From the NCBI RefSeq assembly GCF_009914755.1, contig NC_060925.1: 64,000 bases of DNA; one strand, written 5' to 3'. The translations under genes were made by a program, and so were the position numbers. Positions 1-58,194 of this stretch are shown one piece after another; position 1 is the stretch's first letter; every line of letters begins with the position of its first letter. The notes beneath the pieces are model-generated. The model was not told the origin of the DNA and searched no databases. It was given only the letters and a program-made list of their open reading frames with translations. This DNA is from the human T2T-CHM13v2.0 reference genome, Homo sapiens.

Positions 1-207
1 CCTTACCCTGCCCCCTTGCCTTGTATCCAATAAATAACAGCGCAGCCAGGCATTCGGGGCCACTACCGGCCTCCACATCTAGGTGGTAGTGGTCCCCCGG
101 GCCCAGCTGTCTTTTCTTCTATCCCTGTCTTGTGTCTTTATTTCTATGATCTCACATCTCTCCGTACACAAGAAGAACCCACAGGCCCAGTAGGGCTGGA
201 CCCTGCA
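1..207 (+). mobile_element. 3' part of an ERVK-type LTR (LTR3/HML-6-like), truncated by the window start
   Basis: AATAAA near 29, followed by a pyrimidine-rich U5-like tract ending ...tagggctggaccctgCA, which resembles the LTR3 end as I recall it. It abuts an Alu 3' fragment at 208-292. Confidence 0.55.
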
Positions 208-585
<378 letters not shown>

Positions 586-2200
586 AGTAGCGTGTTGAGT
601 AAACACTCTATTCGTTAGCATTCCCCCTCCCATGAGCCTCGGGAGACACCGGGCTTTGGAAGTGATGCTGGCGGTCACAGAAGCGGAGATCAGGGCAGGG
701 CTGGCATCCAGTACGGGATGGGGAGAGAGCCCTGCAGAGGGCTCTACACCATGGCTCCAGCGACGCGATTCCCTGTGGGGACCCACCTGCCCTGCAGCTG
801 CCACACCACCCCAGGCCAGCAGGTGTGACCCCCTGGTCACGGGCCACCCCAGCCCTGAGCACAGAGATGGACACACATCCCGGCCCACACAGACACAAGC
901 AGCATGAAATTCAGAAATAAAGATATAATGAAAGACCTTTTTTTTCCACAAGAATAGGTTAAATACATACAATTGGTAAATTATAGAGCAATTCTGAATA
1001 AACTGATCAAAAAACGAAGAAAGATGAGCGCGTGCGGGCTGGGCTTGTCTCACGCCCGCCTCCGGACAGGGTGGGTTTCTTGCCGGCGGCCGTGCCCCAC
1101 CTCGACGCGATGCACCTGCGGTACATCCCACCCAGGCGAAGTCACGGAACAGACGCAGAAGAGGGGAGACGGCCGAGACCCGGGGAGCCACGCGGCCCGA
1201 AACAGCCCCTGCTGGCTCTGGCGTCTTTCCGGGCCGGGGTGCCCCTCTGCCATGTTCCGTGGACAGCGAACACCCGGGCCGGAGCCATTACCTACTGTGA
1301 AGGCCAGCGCAGGGGGCACGGGATGTGAGGGAGGCCCCCGAGTGCACGGGGCCTTCTGCAGGGACTCCGGTCCTCCGCCTTCCACCAGCATAGGAGGACG
1401 GGCTTCTGGCCCACCGGACATAAGGAATTCAGAGAAAAGGCTCTGCAGGTACCCAAGGCCCCCCAGCCTGCAGCACCGAGGGGCGCCCAGGAGGCCCGGC
1501 CTGCGGAGGGCACCGGCAGCCCCCGCCCCGCTCGCGGCCGCCGCAGTCAAGGGCGACTTGTGGTTGGAGTGAGCAGGCTCCTGGCTTCCAGGGCAGCAAA
1601 AACCCCCAAGCACTTTCTAGAAGGAATGTGTTTCATTCTGACTGTAAACACATTTGTAAATGCTGAGACCAAACCCCGACTTATGGATCCTGAGCCACGG
1701 CCGTCACTGGCCCCGCTAAGCCTCATCACCACACGGCCAGGCCAGACCAGCACCCGCGGACGCCAGCTCCACCCCTGGGCCCCGAGGTTCCCACCCGCTG
1801 AGGAGCCGGGAGCTCCGAGAAACGCGCCAGGAGCTCCAAGAACGCAGGAGCAGCCCGCGGTCGGCAGCAAGTTTGCATTTCTAAGTGACCACATCTAATA
1901 AAATGAAAAACGGGTTTACTAAAACAGGTCCAAAGACAACACGGAAGATAAGCTACAAATCCAGCACACAAGGCCCACCCACACCAGCCCCAGCGGCCCG
2001 TGGCCAGGACAGGGCTGAGGCTCCAGTCTCCTCCAAAGCCCAGTCACACATTTTGGTTTTTGCTTCCCCTTTCAGGTTTTTAAAAGCTAAACCTAGGAGC
2101 CTGGTGGGTCTGCCTGTGCTGGGCAGTGTGTCCAGCCTGCCGAGGTCACGCTCTGGTGCGCGGTGCCCTCAGTGGCGCCTTGGGTCTCGGCGCCTGGGCC

Positions 2201-14999
<12,799 letters not shown>

Positions 15000-15702
15000 C
15001 TGTTAAAAGCAACGTCTACACTGACGACGAGAAGCAGCGCCGGCCACAGCTCTCTCCCCTGGCGCAGCCCCACTCCCGCCTCTGCAGCCCGCCATTCATT
15101 CAGGGCCCGGTCACCCAGAGTCACAGCTCACAGGTCACCCTCGCTTGCCACCCGCCCAGACACCCAGAGGCCCTGCGGCTTCTCTCTTCCCGTCTGTCCC
15201 GCCACCACCTTCATTGACACGACGTACAGCTCAGGTACAAAGACGAGGAGAAACCCAAAGCCTCGTTCCTGTCCTCCAAAAACTCACGCAGGGATACATT
15301 TACAGGGCTTGAGGGGGTATTCGGGCCACAGCCTCAGACCAGCTCCTGAGGGCAGCTACTCGCACCTTCCAACTCAGCTCAAGGACCCCGCACTGATGGA
15401 GAATCCACACCATAGAAGTGGGCAGGCACCACCGCCGGCCCCTTCACCGCACCCGGAAGCCCGCTGCCCAGCATTTACCACTAGCCACAAGCAAAACGAG
15501 CCGCAGAACGGGGGAGCCTCTGCGGCTGGAGGGACGAGGACTCTGGAGACTCCAAGGCACTCACTGGGCAGAGCAGCTGTCTTCCTGGTAGAAGGGGCCA
15601 CAGGTGAACAGGCCACACCTGAGAAAGTGCAGTGTGCAAGGGCCCAAGCACAGTGAGGGCAGGGATAAGACTGGCCAGGGAGGCAGGGCCAGGGCATAAG
15701 AG

Positions 15703-15975
15703 TTTATTTACTTATTTTTCGTGAGACAGGGTCTTGCTCTGTCGCCCAGGCTGGAGTCACTGTGGCCTTGACCACCTCGGCTCAAGCAATCCTCCCACCT
15801 CAGCCTCCTGAGTAGCTGAGACTACAGACGCATGCCACCACGCCTAGCTAATTTTTTTTTTTTTGTAGAGCTGGGATCTCACTATGTTGCCCAAGGTGGT
15901 CTCAAACTCCTGGCCTCAACTGATTCTCAGGCCTCAGCCTCCGGAAGTGCTGGAATCACAGGCAGGAGCCACGGT
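15703..15975 (-). mobile_element. AluJ-like element
   Basis: Diverged reverse Alu consensus. Confidence 0.8.
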
Positions 15976-16106
15976 AACCCGGGCCCCACAGGGGTTTGGG
16001 GTCCCAGCCTCAAGGCAGATCATATCTTCTGTTAGGAAAGTCACTCTGGTGGCTCCATTGGGACGTTCAAGACAGCACTGAAGGCCGAGCATGGGGCGCG
16101 AGGCAC

Positions 16107-16419
16107 CATGCAAGAGAGGAGGCTGGATCAGGGACCCCAAGGCCCCTCAGCCACACCCGAGACTGGGGAGAGGGGTGGTGATCATCATGCAAGAGAGGAG
16201 GCTGGATCAGGGACCCCAAGGCCCCTCAGCCACACCCGAGACTGGGGAGAGGGGTGGTGATCATCATGCAAGAGAGGAGGCTGGATCAGGGACCCCAAAG
16301 CCCCTCAGCCACACCCGAGACTGGGGAGAGGGGTGGTGATCATCATGCAAGAGAGGAGGCTGGATCAGGGACCCCAAGGCCCCTCAGCCACACCTGAGAC
16401 TGGGGAGAGGGGTGGTGAT
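16107..16419. repeat. VNTR, 4 x 79-bp units
   Basis: catgcaagagaggaggctggatcagggacccc... starts at 16107, 16186, 16265, 16344. Confidence 0.95.
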
Positions 16420-16450
16420 GAAAACAGGGCTCCCTGCTGCATCAGACTAG

Positions 16451-16816
<366 letters not shown>

Positions 16817-16896
16817 TAACGGACAGTGACCAGTGATCTCCATCCTGACCTCCCAGTTCCCACAAACCGGAAGTCTACTCTACCCAGTTTCCTTGC

Positions 16897-17257
16897 TGAT
16901 ATGCTTTGGCTATGTCCCCACCCAAATCTTATATTGACTTGTAATCCCCATAATCCCCCATGTTGAGGGAGGGACCTTGTGGGAGGTGACTGGATCATGG
17001 GAGCAGTTTCCCCAAGCCGTTCCAGTGAAAGCGAGTTCTCAGGAGATCTGATGGTTTATAAGGCAGTGTTCCCTGCTCTTGCCCGCTCTCTCTAGCCTGC
17101 TGCCATGTGAGACATGCCTCTTCCCCTTCCGCCATGATTGTAAGTTTCCTGAGGCCTCCCTGGCCACACGGAACTGTGAGTCCATTAAACCCCTTTTCTT
17201 TATAAATTACTGAGTCTCGGGTACATCTTTATAGCAGCATGAGAACCAACTCATACA
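16897..17257 (+). mobile_element. Solo MaLR LTR, THE1-like
   Basis: TGatatgctttggctatgtccccacccaaatct ... tgtaagtttcctgaggcctccc ... ccattaaacc ... atagcagcatgagaa...taCA; about 360 bp with TG...CA termini. Confidence 0.85.
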
Positions 17258-18698
17258 CCTGTAGACAGCCACACATTCCACCTCCTTTCAGTCTCCACCT
17301 GCAAGAGATCTACAGACTTGGCCTCTCTAACCGGTTTATTCCTCCTCAGAGAACCACCACCAGCAGCCTGTTTAGTGTCTGCTCCCAACCTGAGGATGTC
17401 AATGGCCAGGGCTTGGCTGCTCACCCCACACACCCAGGGCCTGGAGTGCAGAGCTCAGCCAGGGCACCCAACGCGTGCTCCCAAATGTGTGGCCTCAGCA
17501 CCACCCCCAACCCTGCTTCTTGTTCTGGGGTCCCTGACTCTTGCAATCCTTGTTCACCACAGCCTTCCCACTCTCATTATCTTCTCTAACGCAAAATGTC
17601 ATCACTTCTCCCATCAACACCACAGGAGCCTCCCAACTCCCCCCGTGGGTCCAGAAGGTCTGAGCTTCTAGTCTCTTCCCATTTCAAGGCCCTCCTGTAC
17701 CCATAAGTCAACATACTGTTCCGATCACCCACTCCCCCATCCACCCTTCAGGATACTCCACAGCCAAGCAAATAAACATCAACACGTCCTCTTGCCTGCC
17801 AGCCCCTTGACAGAGGCAGCCCCAGCCAGCCCTCCTCATTCCCAGCTCCCAAGACAGAGCAGCCCCAGCCAGCCCTCCTCGTTCCCAACTCCCAAGACCC
17901 AGCACGGCCCAGGTCCCACTCCAAAGTCCTGACCGACACACTCCTTCTCACAGCTGCTTCCCAGCCTAGCCTGTACTGGAAACTCCCCAGGCCCTTCCCG
18001 GCATAGCCAGAGCCACCGCCTTCAGAGGCCTCCCTGATTTCCCTGCCAAATGCCTCCCACTCTGTCACACATCACTGGCCTCCATGTGACCCCACACACA
18101 ACGCAGGGCCCTTCTGGGCCCCAGCGGGTTCCTCTGCCTAAGGAGTGCCTCCCCAGGAGGGCCCCCACCAGGGATGGGGTTACAGTCCTGCCTGGGAAGG
18201 AAGTGCTTCCACACAGTGGCATCCCCAGCTCCTGGCTAAAGAAGCCAATGGGCCAGGGATCTCCCCTCAGGCCAACACCTGGTGATGGCCACAGTGATGA
18301 CCCCAAGCAGCACCGCCACACAGGCTGTCCTTTCGACACTCACCCTGAAGCTAACACTCTGCCATATACAAAATAATTCACTGGACAATTCAAGTGCAGG
18401 TGGGTCTGGGCTTAGCTAAGTGGCCAGGCCGCAGGTTTAACGAAAGTTCATGGACAGCCGCGCAAAAATAAAATAGATTCCATCCAATGAGTCACAAACA
18501 AGCTTCTCTCCCATACCTGCTTGGAGAGGCTTTTAAAATCATGTTCACGATTCAACTGCTGTTTCCCCAGCCACTCTTCCTGAGCTTCACACAGAACAGC
18601 ATTCTCACGTCCCCCAGGAGGCCAGGGGGCTATTTCCCCCAATTCTTCTCATCCCAATATGACAGCAGGAAGGACAAGGAAAACAAAAATTCACAAAG

Positions 18699-19168
<470 letters not shown>

Positions 19169-19593
19169 TTCCACAAAGGAAGCAAACTGTGAGAACAGAG
19201 TTTGAAGCATATGTGCCTCGGGTTCCCTTCAAACATCCCCACAGACAAAGGACACCAAGCATATCATCCTGCTGAGAGAAAGAGTTGGCGATTTTAAAAC
19301 AAAAAGGCACAGGAAAAAAAAATGTTCACACACAGAAACTGCATTAAAGCAGCGTGAATCACCGAGGGCAGCTGTGCCCAGGTGCTGAGGCAGTGGCTGC
19401 CCAGCGTCCCTCACCCGTCCCTCTTTGTCTGGACAGCTCTTTCCTGCTTAGGGGATGTGGCAGGAAACCTTGGCCTGACCCATCGGCCAGGCGCATGGCA
19501 CACCCAGGTCCAGGACTGCCAGGGAAGTCTCTGCCTTCTCCACCAGACTGCTCCGGAGGCTGGACGGAAGCCCGGGCCGATGGAAATGGGACA

Positions 19594-19725
19594 CTCACCT
19601 GCGACTCACACATGCACCTGCCTGGGTCACCTGCCTGTCACTCATCCACGCACCTACCTGCCTGGCTCACCTGCCTGTCACTCAAGCACTCACCTACCTG
19701 CCTGGCTCACCTGCCTGTCACTCAC
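19594..19725. repeat. Short tandem repeat of cacctgcctggctcacctgcctgtcactca (~3 copies)
   Basis: Direct reading. Confidence 0.75.
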
Positions 19726-20149
19726 GCACATCCCTGCCGAGAGTGGAACTGCTAAGGAGGTCAGCGGTGCCAGGCCGTGCAGATGACGGACTGCAAGTTC
19801 CGGGCACCCAGACCCAACCACGCCCTAGGCTCAGGTGCTAGACTAAGCGAGATACTCACGATCCTTTCTTCGGAAGCCAGATTACACAGTCTGGTTCCCC
19901 TGGAGCAGGGCGCGGGGCCACCGACCTGCCCCAGCCAAGCCCGCTGTACACTCTTCGCTGCCCACCTCCCACCGGGCTGAGGCCCGACCTTTCAGCCGCT
20001 TCCTATCTGGGTCTGGCAAGAGGATGGCAACCGGACTAGAGTTAAATACACACGCACTAAGTGGCAGGCACTGAAAAGGACGCCAGGAGGTGACACCTGG
20101 CCAGGGGCTGAAAGGATGCAGGGAACTGGCAGGTGTGGATGGCGAGGCC

Positions 20150-21550
20150 CGGCGCCGCTTAGAGACTTGTTCCGGGCTCGTGTCTCACTCGCCGGCCGGC
20201 GGTGGTCTCCCACTGTCACCGCCCGGGTTTCCCAGAAACGCTGGCCCTAAGCACAGTCCCGGGCACGCTCGTTTCTCTCGGGGTTTACGGGGCAGTCTGG
20301 AGTCTAACAGTTCAGGGGCGAGGCGACGGCGGGCTCGACGGCAGCCCTCCCCCGACACAGACTCCCGTGATCCACTGACGAACCAGGATCGAGGCTGCCC
20401 GTCCTGGGGCAGCTGCAAGTGTCCCAGCTGACGGGAAACCCGGCCGAGTGGTCAAGTCCCCGACATGACCCTGACCCGGAGCTCCGGGAGCCCGCCGTAA
20501 CCGACCTCGGGTTCCGCGCAGGCAGGCTCGGGCCGGGGCCCCGCGGGCGGCGGGCGCGAACGGAGAAGCGTCGCGCAGGGTCCCCAGCAGCCCCGGGCCG
20601 CCGCTGTGGCCGGCTCCGGCAGGGGGGACGAGCGGGCCCGAGGACCCGGCGCAGGCCTGCGAGCGCGCTCACCTCTCCCTGTCGCTGCGCGTGGGCCGCC
20701 GCCGCGCTCAGGCTCGCCGTAGTCGAGGCCGGAGCAGGGTGCGGAAAAGCGGGGCCCGCGCCCGAAACAGCCGCACCGCCCCGGGATTGGGCCCACCGAA
20801 CCCGCCGCAGCGCCGCCGCCGCCGCCTCAGCCTCCAAGATGGCCGCTCGCGGGGCGGAACCAGCCTAGCTTCTGCTTCCGGTGCGCGGTCCGGGGCGGTG
20901 AGGAGGGAGGGGGAGGGCTGGCCGCTCTAGGCAGACTGGCGGACCGCGCCCACGACTCTCTGTCGCCGTCGACCCCGGGGTGGGGGATGGGGCGGGGGGC
21001 GGGGCGGCGCTTGCGCACTGGCGGGCGGCTCCGGGCACCGTTAGTGGGCGCGAGAGCCCCAGACCCCGAAGCCGCGCGCTTCCCTCCCCATGTGCCACGG
21101 CCCAGGGCGGCAGGCCCGGCTGAGGGCGACCCCGGTGGAGAAAGAACCCCGACCCTCCCGCCTCCCGGCTCCCGCCTTGTCCTCCGCTCCCACGCCCCAC
21201 CCGGCCCTTAGGGGAGGCGCGGCGCGGCCCGGGCATGGAGCGTCCCGGGCCCCTGGAGGCTCAGTGGAGGGTTGGGCTCCAGGGAGCTCAGAGCTCTCTC
21301 GTTCAGGGACCCGAGAGTGACACGCGTGGCATCTCTTTGCAACCCACGTCCGCGCCGCAGCACCCTCCCCTGCAGGTGCCTGCCCAGCCCCGGGATGCCC
21401 CTGACCTCCCCTTGGACAGACTGCAGAAAGCGCGGGGCGCTGCGTCCTCTCCACCTCTCTCTGACCCCAGACACATTGGGAGAGAGCGGTAGGTGGCGGG
21501 GCGCTGGGGTGGGACGCTGGGGGCAGGCGCGCAGCCCACCGCCTCCCTGA
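20150..21550 (-). promoter_or_regulatory. UBE2J2: CpG island / UBE2J2 promoter with non-coding exon 1 (donor after 20673)
   Basis: Very high CpG density. Minus-strand donor GAG|GTGAG at 20673/20672, YY1-like CAAGATGGCCGC at 20835-20846, GC box ~20851, ETS motif CTTCCGG 20875-20881. Confidence 0.85.
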
Positions 21551-22713
21551 GAGGCCGCTGAGGACAGCGGGGAGCTGAGGGTGGTCCCCTGGTGGGGGAT
21601 CAGGAGGTGGACCTCGCCACCTGGCTGCCTGTGGCCCTCTCCTTTGCCCCAACCCTGACTGCCTCTCAGGAACAACCACAGGTCAGCAAGGTGGCTGAAT
21701 ATTGAGGGTCAGTCCCGCTGTGGCTACGGGCAGAGGGCAGGCTGTGTCCATGCTCAGCCCTGACTCTGGCCCTCTGGGACACCTTGGTGGGTCTGAGACG
21801 TTGCTGCAGGCCGTGGGGCAGAAGCCAGGAGGAGTGTCCACGCAGCCTCAGCCCGTGGGAATCCAGCCTGCCTCCATTACTGCCGTCACCGGCTCCACCT
21901 TCGGAGAACATCTCAGCATCCAGCCTCCTTCCTCTGCCTCCTCTCAGGCCTCTGCCGTTCCCATGCAGGGCAGGCCAAACTGTTTTCACAGCATGGAAAG
22001 TTATGTGAGGGAAGCCACACCGGCCGCAGATACAGGCACCAGCACATCCACTCGCATGCACACTCACGGCTGTGGCCCGCGGCAGATGGAGGCCCGCTCT
22101 GCCTTGTCTGTCCCTCAGTAGTGTGCGATGACAGCACACCTGTGGGGGCCCTGCAGCTGGGAAGACTGCAGCGAGGCTCAACTCAGAGGCCCCTGCTCAG
22201 GAGCATGGCTGAGTCACACCCCAGGGAGAAGGTGCCCCGGACAGGTGTGGCCAGCACGTCTTGCCAAGACCCCACCACCCCACCCACCCGCATCTGTGGC
22301 CTTCTGGTAAGCAGGACACAGGCTGCCCAGGCCTCTAGCCATAGAGCCGATGGCCTTGGCCAGTGGGATCGGCACAAGCAGCTAGGTTGGTGGCAGATGG
22401 TGGCTGTAACCTTCTCAACCCTGAGATTGCCCTCTGAGGGCAGGAGCAGCCCTTCTGCTGTGGGCCAGCCCTCCGGAGGGACTTCCTCTGGCAGCTTCAG
22501 GAATAGGACAACAGGGACCACCCTCAGCATCTTGAGCAGCGGGGGGCACCCTCTGCTTTGGCAACCAAGAAAACATCCCCCAACCCAGTTACCACCTCCT
22601 GCCCCCACCTCCTCCAGCCCCCAGGGTTGGACCAGAAAGCCTTGGCTGCCTCTGAACAGCAGGGATTGTCTGGCCAGGGGATGCTTGAGGGACAGAGAAC
22701 CCAGCCTGGAGGG

Positions 22714-41136
<18,423 letters not shown>

Positions 41137-41532
41137 ACCAGACCTGCCAGGGCTGTGCGATCTCTTGGCCTGGTCCTTGCAGCTGTGGCAGCAGCAGGCT
41201 CCCCAGCGGCCCAGGGTGGGCCAGACCAGCAGCCCAGGAAGCAGCACACGCGGCCGTGGGGAGGCAGGCACCGGGCATGTCGGCGCCTCTGGTCAAACCA
41301 CCTACACTGCCTGGGGTGGGTCTCAAGGAGGCCCGGGGCGGAGGGGGGTTCCCGCGTGCACACGAGTGCGGCTGGACGTGCCGACACGCGGTGATGTACC
41401 CATGCTCCGTGTGTCTGTGTCTGCATGTCCACACGTCTGATGCACCTGTGTACGTGTGTCAAGCCTAGCCACCTCAGCTGCAGGGAGGCAGAAGGCAAGG
41501 CAGGCCCCACGGACACACTTGGGCTGCTCTGA

Positions 41533-41538
41533 AATAAA
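41533..41538 (+). terminator. SCNN1D polyadenylation signal AATAAA
   Basis: About 400 nt after the stop, followed by GT-rich sequence. Confidence 0.85.
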
Positions 41539-41929
41539 GCTGTTGACTCCACCTGGCGGCCAGTGTGTGCCTGTGTGCCCCTCCAGCCGCCCCGCGCCCG
41601 GTGAGCTGAAACCCTGACTGCACCTGGCGGGACGAGCCCCAGCCTAGCCTCGCCGGTTCGCGTCCACCCCTCTTCCCACCAGGAAACTCAGTCTAGGACA
41701 GAGAAGGGTAGAAGGGCGAGACAATGGGGACCAGGGGCATCAGGACCCAGATTTTGTCAAACGAGCCCCAGGTCCCCATCAGGCCCCTTGCGGCCTGTTG
41801 GAGTCTGACTTGAGTGAGTGCTACCCGGCTCAGGAATGCCCCTCGGGGAGGGCAAGGGACACAGACACTCCCCGGAGACAGAGCAGAGCAAGGCACGGGA
41901 GCCCAGGAGCAGGCAGTGGGCGCAAGTGC

Positions 41930-41935
41930 TTTATT
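41930..41935 (-). terminator. ACAP3 polyadenylation signal AATAAA (tttatt on +)
   Basis: The only canonical hexamer I found downstream of the ACAP3 stop (43090). Confidence 0.82.
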
Positions 41936-43089
41936 CAAAGCGAGGGGTGGGGGGTGAGACCCGCCAGCAGGGGCCTGGGGCAAGAGGCGGGGCCAAGCTC
42001 ACACAGGGAGAGGGGCAAGAATCAATTCTGTTCTTCAGGGTCACAGGCAGCAGGCAAGAGAGTTGGGGGGCCGGGTCCAGCGCCCACTGTGCCCTCAGGG
42101 AGCCTCCCCAGGGCAGCATTGCATAGTGACCAGCCGACTGGCCTTAGCCTGACCTGCGCTGAGTGGGGGAGGCCCTGCCTCCCTGCCGGGCACCTTTGGG
42201 GAAGGGGTGCGTGAAGGCATTGGCAGGCCCTGCAATATGAGCCGAAAGACCCCTGGACCCAAGGGGGAGGCTGGTCAGGGGCAGGGCTGGGGCTCAGGCG
42301 TCCTCAAGAGTCCACAGAGAAAAGACGCAAGACAAAGTCAGACGAGGCCTATAGCAAACCCACTCGGTCCGCTACAAAGAACATGAGATGAGGGCTGCAA
42401 AGTGGCAAAGTGGCTTTATGCGCAGGCTCTGGGCCGAGTACCAGGAGAAGGTGCCTCCGGAGGAGGCCGGGATGCGGCTGGGGCTGTCTGGCACGGGGAC
42501 CTTCGTGGCCAGCCACGTGGCCTTGGGACGCCCGCGTCCAGCCAGGGCTGAGGACCCAGGCCAGAGCCCCTCCCGCCCAGCACCCGCGACGCCAGCCTGG
42601 ATGCTGGGGTCACTAAGTGAGGTACTCGTTGGTTCCCTGGATGGGCCACCCTTTCTGCCCTGGGAGGAGGCTCTGGGGTGTGCAGGAGGGAGCCAGCTAA
42701 CAGGTCAGTGTTCTGGGCAGAAGTGGGGCACGAAGTAACACAGGCCCTGAGGACACAGGGACACAGGTGACACGGGCCTTAAAAGTGGCTTGTGACATGA
42801 GCAACCCAGGCCCCTGAAAAGGGGTGACCTGAAGACAGAGGTTCCCCAGGTGGGGTGAGGGACACCCGACGATGCAGCACCCCCCCAGGGAAACGTGAGG
42901 CTTCAAGAGACTCAGTGTGGGGCCCTCGCTCTCCTCCTGGGCGAGCAGGGCCGCGGCGCCCCAGCACTGGGGCTGCCAGGTATCGACCCGCGGGTCACAC
43001 GCAGGGCCGCGGCCGGGTGGGCGCCAGGGACTTCGGGGCATGCGGGGCGTCGGGCCGGGCGGGGTGGCAGCTGCCCGGCCTGCCCGGCC

Positions 43090-57364
<14,275 letters not shown>

Positions 57365-58194
57365 GGCTGCGGCGGCCGCGGCGCTCACTGGCACGAGGAC
57401 CGCGGCGCCGAGCGGCAGCCGCGCCGGCCCGGACCGCTCGTCCCGCCCGCGCCGCCTCGGCGCCCGCCCGCCCCGGAATGAGGCCGCCGCGCCGCGCCCC
57501 GCCCCGCCTGTCACCGCCGGGGAGCGTCGCCAAAGTCAGCCGCCCGCGCGCACCGCCCGCTGTCACTGCCGGGGAGCGTCGCCAAGGTCCGCCGCCCGCG
57601 CGCGCCGCCCGCTGTCACCGCCGGGGAGCGTCGCCAAACGCCTCTCGCAGCGTCCAGGGACCACCCCGGTCCGGAAGTGAGGCGGGGCCTGCCACGGCCG
57701 TCTCCGGGGACAGTCGGTGGAAATGTGGGGCGCGGGGAGGGCGCGGGGAGGGCGCGGGCCCGCCCGCTCCAACCATCCCGGCCGTTGCGCAACTCAGGGC
57801 GTTTGCAAAAACCACGTCTGGGAGGACTTGGCCGCAACGCGGCGAACGGGCGCGCTCGGGGAGTGTGGGCGGCGGCGAATGAATGAGCGAGTGAACGAAT
57901 GCACGCCCGCGAGAGCGCGGGGTGACCGCGTGGTTGGTGCGCGCCTCCCGGGGCGCCGCGATAGAGGTAGAGCGCCTGCGCTCGGCGGCGGGCCGGCACT
58001 TTGCAGCCGCTCCCTAAGCCCGGCCCCGCCTCCGCTCCCCGACTCTGGCCGCCGTGGCGCGGTGTCACCGCGCAGGCGCAAGAGCGGCCGGGGCCGGTGG
58101 GGGGGGGGGGGGGGGGCGTGACCAGGCCGCGTCCGCGCGCGCGCAGGATTCCTGCGCTGGAGGCCGCCTCTGACGCCACCGGCTGGGCTCCGCC

